Below are positions 63,301 to 64,000 of a stretch of DNA of 64,000 nt, one piece after another. The number at the start of each line of letters is the position of its first letter. Positions within the stretch are counted from its first letter, which is position 1. The notes under the pieces are model-generated. The model searched no databases, was not told the DNA's origin, and was given only the letters and a program-made list of their open reading frames with translations. This stretch comes from Amoebophrya sp. A120. Taxonomy: Eukaryota; Protista; Dinoflagellata. The stretch is taken from assembly GCA_905178155.1 (NCBI GenBank), contig CAJINV010000004.1, forward strand, positions 2,122,391 to 2,186,390, written 5' to 3'. The position numbers and the translations under genes are program-made.

Positions 63301-63430
63301 CCGAGCCCGCACTAAATGCGGTGTCCCGAAAATCCCCAGTACTGACACCGCTCAGCACTGGGCCAACTGAAAATACGACTTCTTGATCGAAAATTTGTTG
63401 ACCCTTTTCGCAGCCCCATCCCACGGGTGG
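56663..63430 (-). CDS. ORF2 polyprotein (about 2,100-2,250 aa): acidic disordered N-terminus, Upf1/DNA2-like SF1 helicase, DUF4326, NADAR, unassigned domain
   Basis: GPPAVGKS (60557-60580), AGPTNKAAD, VDEIGQ, GGDIEQLSP, LNTQYR, IDKIQGSEKD, RLNVAETR; FGNPF..C-T-C..CHGDVL (58870-59110); LSNWY..YNCAEQWLMRQKAILFGD..KFTQN..LAEA..IWGIG..WRGLNCLG (58075-58540); no ATG in the first 340 or so codons. Confidence 0.88.
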   Translation of the reverse strand, partial: PPVGWGCEKGQQIFDQEVVFSVGPVLSGVSTGDFRDTAFSAGSGAGEKASTAAAFVVLQSNIPPKPPDPPDPPSAGDACDYGTNGSSDRKKQLQQTRPETTACRDNFSNLSSSASDAEDFLHDELSVSGSPPLDAGVSSPSASNDDEVPFLFRPADADPDEASLHEDSESVLDGDSVLDEVSDHSHFSAGSARGASANDFYDEDDACSNPDSVLDGASDDAHDDHELHDDSDSVLDGYSDEEGDAAELYPTGSSRSSHADVAHDDDLHDDSDSVLRGASDDEDEEDALLASPGADSVLSGSSGIGDSVLLDDELGVDAPISTKCTAPPDVTPPATPRIRGAGAMPAQALQGVTLQKIPLLTTRSPLQPRASASVGPSTIRATAVLSDALATLAAAANDTADRPPGGCGAGAPYAKVENNTNIQASRGARTPEKGGEAGTPWDSSAAASICSLPALHDHMDGTCNTNPPSAAPHNTTSASLLAEPAPDAGTSDTSPGVPQDQVAARDCSPEVSGKHQDPEQACEPPASPDPGRLLQAAGAENSSVENLLPLGTPESAADEELQQYAGKATPLVVADAEDAGEGAPTVDSGTAAPVETTAHQGKTPTTSPENTNPENAVAPREVEPAPDAVRTPRAGADTRGERGDLAWAEHREYREDEPSGVQREDSCFPSPGDDSPSLLSPSGAAASEPSDSEGIGGSAQKPVLDQREVGLSVLGASEEQVAKERYDFSVAEGRELHRALRKKNALECPRYKDVAEYQRVVGAALEAIVDNPAGPVFYANHCQLVRKWNTSPEDKSLDFQLNMPAVSKQVQVRCVGNYKPEGQDVQEFTRCIVTVKKSAIPARTEKIEPLHFFRKGGAWTCFNKDDVVDELLTDKFEAEVHFCVYDQDARRALDALECDYWDTLPCVENFAHARVVHLQSEFDSTDAQLRRAELHRGISEMSVGEIIAFDGPPAVGKSRTAVESFIDFLAERRRAEVTCRVLLAGPTNKAADGMAERASRTHEVCQISARKYRHEKNLPDYNIHSRIAARAAAQPESECGKYLRDSRRLDALPITDRLNPSKERTELQQKVGQQWDECVQFMQRNHEIIIATIQYACTFDWVFDIAFVDEIGQCPEHLLIALMKVILRLVCGGDIEQLSPNVHACPEIAQIILKCSFLMRAINALRSLVPPRRPLRLNTQYRCPEASIRWANDVFYDGELVAGGPTENNFKVPAQSVVGVFVPSDRARKSEVCMSSFTKVLEVHKWLLSQGARWDEIVVLTYTNAQAKLYYDQGFRVREHCGNIDKIQGSEKDLVIVDLSVSPSGPFVVGGLMATPERLNVAETRGKVMTIYVGDFNAIMKGRRSFLELRLMTIPRVQVSEICVERMPEERDGKVIAKKQRGTFELTKLAACNTIPQWAYRARERLLKFPWRKFVDEDWHSKRRSPAGPSFAKDPTEASTVDVRRHKGTKGIFGNPFRVSPGVPAADACFKFAYYVSSNISLLVNIMRFLPGRKIFCTCSAKGLPSVCHGDVLWEVLRWCKLFKRMEDNVHRFGTSRPNGADGGSGAGGSGSAGGTGGGSDGRKKGAKSGTKPAATPSAATPSGTQDTSTGAIQVRDLPCVSQIETQMFFEHSCTLDALRNDFTRDPGMSKSFFLFERGPLSNWYDSEFVVDGVTYNCAEQWLMRQKAILFGDANAAAMILAAADPVEQKRVGRCVENFDNNTWTRVRLAVMTRGLYLKFTQNPELWRFLDATGDHILAEARLDTIWGIGVPLKSARDKGLHKNASLWRGLNCLGLALMAVRRQIRLDVSGASLRTTKNSDTATPAPVKPPAKSGATPKKSTAGKDTSTGAKDADSDGDTEKKKKVKRRPNRRGPAAPAAAAPPPDPFVAATTHHAVSELTDLLQNPEGEPVSAQVLPPKSGSIAVEIPVVDSSAEHATNFLVSTYTKRGCWGDFDDMTKQQSVPDALYLFNESYEHLHMLKPGGGNAVIRPYRSADYCMSKGLGPKPRAFPICTGWSKSKGGFQSLDETYHAADGHTYRCRTVIDMSAQHLIAHLRQFRYANVVLSADKIACKNLVRARLHTDAKPIFNLDSNVVLGTALFQVGAEVKRYIVDSLLMAHRILELAWLRFALTTSTTCPYPARDCWDFRRQAAVLFMHNLMREKMCRSLTTRAREFFSPQTLAASWSCGSAMRWSYRRICMRSSFRKRSERFGLYMSTAEAHSGSTNSTSGAAGAGMWTSSGCRRASRTFSTRTLLESRRSIATGLRGRTHRQNR
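63318..63376 (-). promoter_or_regulatory. Candidate programmed -1 ribosomal frameshift signal (slippery heptamer + H-type pseudoknot)
   Basis: G_UAU_UUU (63376-63370) in the ORF1 frame; 7-nt spacer; stem 1 cccagugcu(ga)/(uc)aguacuggg; loop gcgguguc pairs with downstream gacaccgc; ORF2 is in the -1 frame. Confidence 0.72.
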
Positions 63431-63999
63431 CTAGTGTCCGCGAGGGGGATTCGCGCCTTCAAGTTGTTGCAGGCATCGACTGTTTTCTGTTCGTCGAATT
63501 TGATGAACTGCGGGTCCAACGGCATGTCCAGGGATTTTGCAGTCTTCATCTCCGCCATGGTCATGAGCACACCCCGCTTGGTGCAATACAGTTTCTTCTT
63601 GTGCTCGTTCTCGATCGCACCGATCTCCTTGTATTGCTCTTCCTGCACAAGCTTCCAAAAATCCGGCGCAAGCTGGGCCTCCTTGTTGAGATCGTCGCGC
63701 ACAGAAGTGCAGAAGATGTTGCTCGCATCCCTCACGTGGGAGAACTTACAATGGCGGTGGAGATACAGGCGCGTTCCGTTAAGGTGCGCCCCGCAGGCCG
63801 GCACGTAGCGCTGGTCGAACTCCTCTGCAATCGGTTTCTTGCGCTCCTTGTCCTCGTAGAGCCTGTACGCTTTCAATCCTCCGCCCTTCGTTGAAGCCCG
63901 GTGCGCCATGAAGAGCCCGTGCGGGTTGTACACCTCCCAGTCGAACATCTGTTCCCATGGAAACGGGATTGAATGGCCCTCAGGGGATTTGTAGGTCCA
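63352..63999 (-). CDS. ORF1, 3' end only (possibly Gag-like); open to the window edge
   Basis: No stop from the window edge to TGA at 63352; degenerate CCCH-like motif CGAHLNGT(R)LYLHRHCKFSH. Confidence 0.7.
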   Translation of the reverse strand, partial: WTYKSPEGHSIPFPWEQMFDWEVYNPHGLFMAHRASTKGGGLKAYRLYEDKERKKPIAEEFDQRYVPACGAHLNGTRLYLHRHCKFSHVRDASNIFCTSVRDDLNKEAQLAPDFWKLVQEEQYKEIGAIENEHKKKLYCTKRGVLMTMAEMKTAKSLDMPLDPQFIKFDEQKTVDACNNLKARIPLADTSHPWDGAAKRVNKFSIKKSYFQLAQC

Positions 64000-64000
64000 T

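Larger units (their letters stand above)
33500..64000 (-). mobile_element. Giant intron-free retroelement with a permuted Ty3/gypsy-type pol (left boundary approximate; continues beyond the right edge)
   Basis: Abrupt loss of introners; co-oriented uninterrupted ORFs up to 12.8 kb; PR, RT, RNase H and integrase-like motifs; -1 frameshift signal; structured repeat block at the left end. Confidence 0.75.

Overview
The window has two very different halves. (1) About 1-33,400 is eukaryotic host DNA. Minus-strand genes are split by more than 40 short (about 120-390 bp) non-canonical introns that look like DNA transposons: terminal inverted repeats running TAT...ATA, flanked by about 5-bp direct repeats. 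Removing an element plus one repeat restores the reading frame. This matches the introner-rich genomes described for the parasitic dinoflagellate Amoebophrya (taxon inferred, not shown). Host genes include two paralogous secreted RRL-motif proteins, a METTL21-like methyltransferase, a large probably GPI-anchored protein and a glycosyltransferase-like gene. (2) About 33,500-64,000 is intron-free and looks like one giant (at least 26-30 kb, open at the right edge) minus-strand retroelement. It has a hairpin/tandem-repeat block at 33.6-36.7 kb, four small or medium accessory ORFs, and three overlapping large ORFs. ORF1 is partial and joins ORF2 through a candidate -1 slippery site plus H-type pseudoknot. 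ORF2 carries an Upf1-like SF1 helicase, DUF4326 and NADAR. ORF3 (about 4,200 aa) carries a dual-specificity phosphatase, an ExoIII/APE nuclease and a Ty3/gypsy-type pol. Main finding: this pol appears circularly permuted. The order is RT C-terminal half (MYDD + thumb), RNase H, integrase-like, protease, RT N-terminal half (motifs up to A and B'). The reverse transcriptase is thus split into two halves about 2,650 aa apart and in reverse order, in one uninterrupted ORF, with RT, RNase H and protease catalytic residues retained. All domain calls are by-eye motif recognition and need HMM or structure confirmation.
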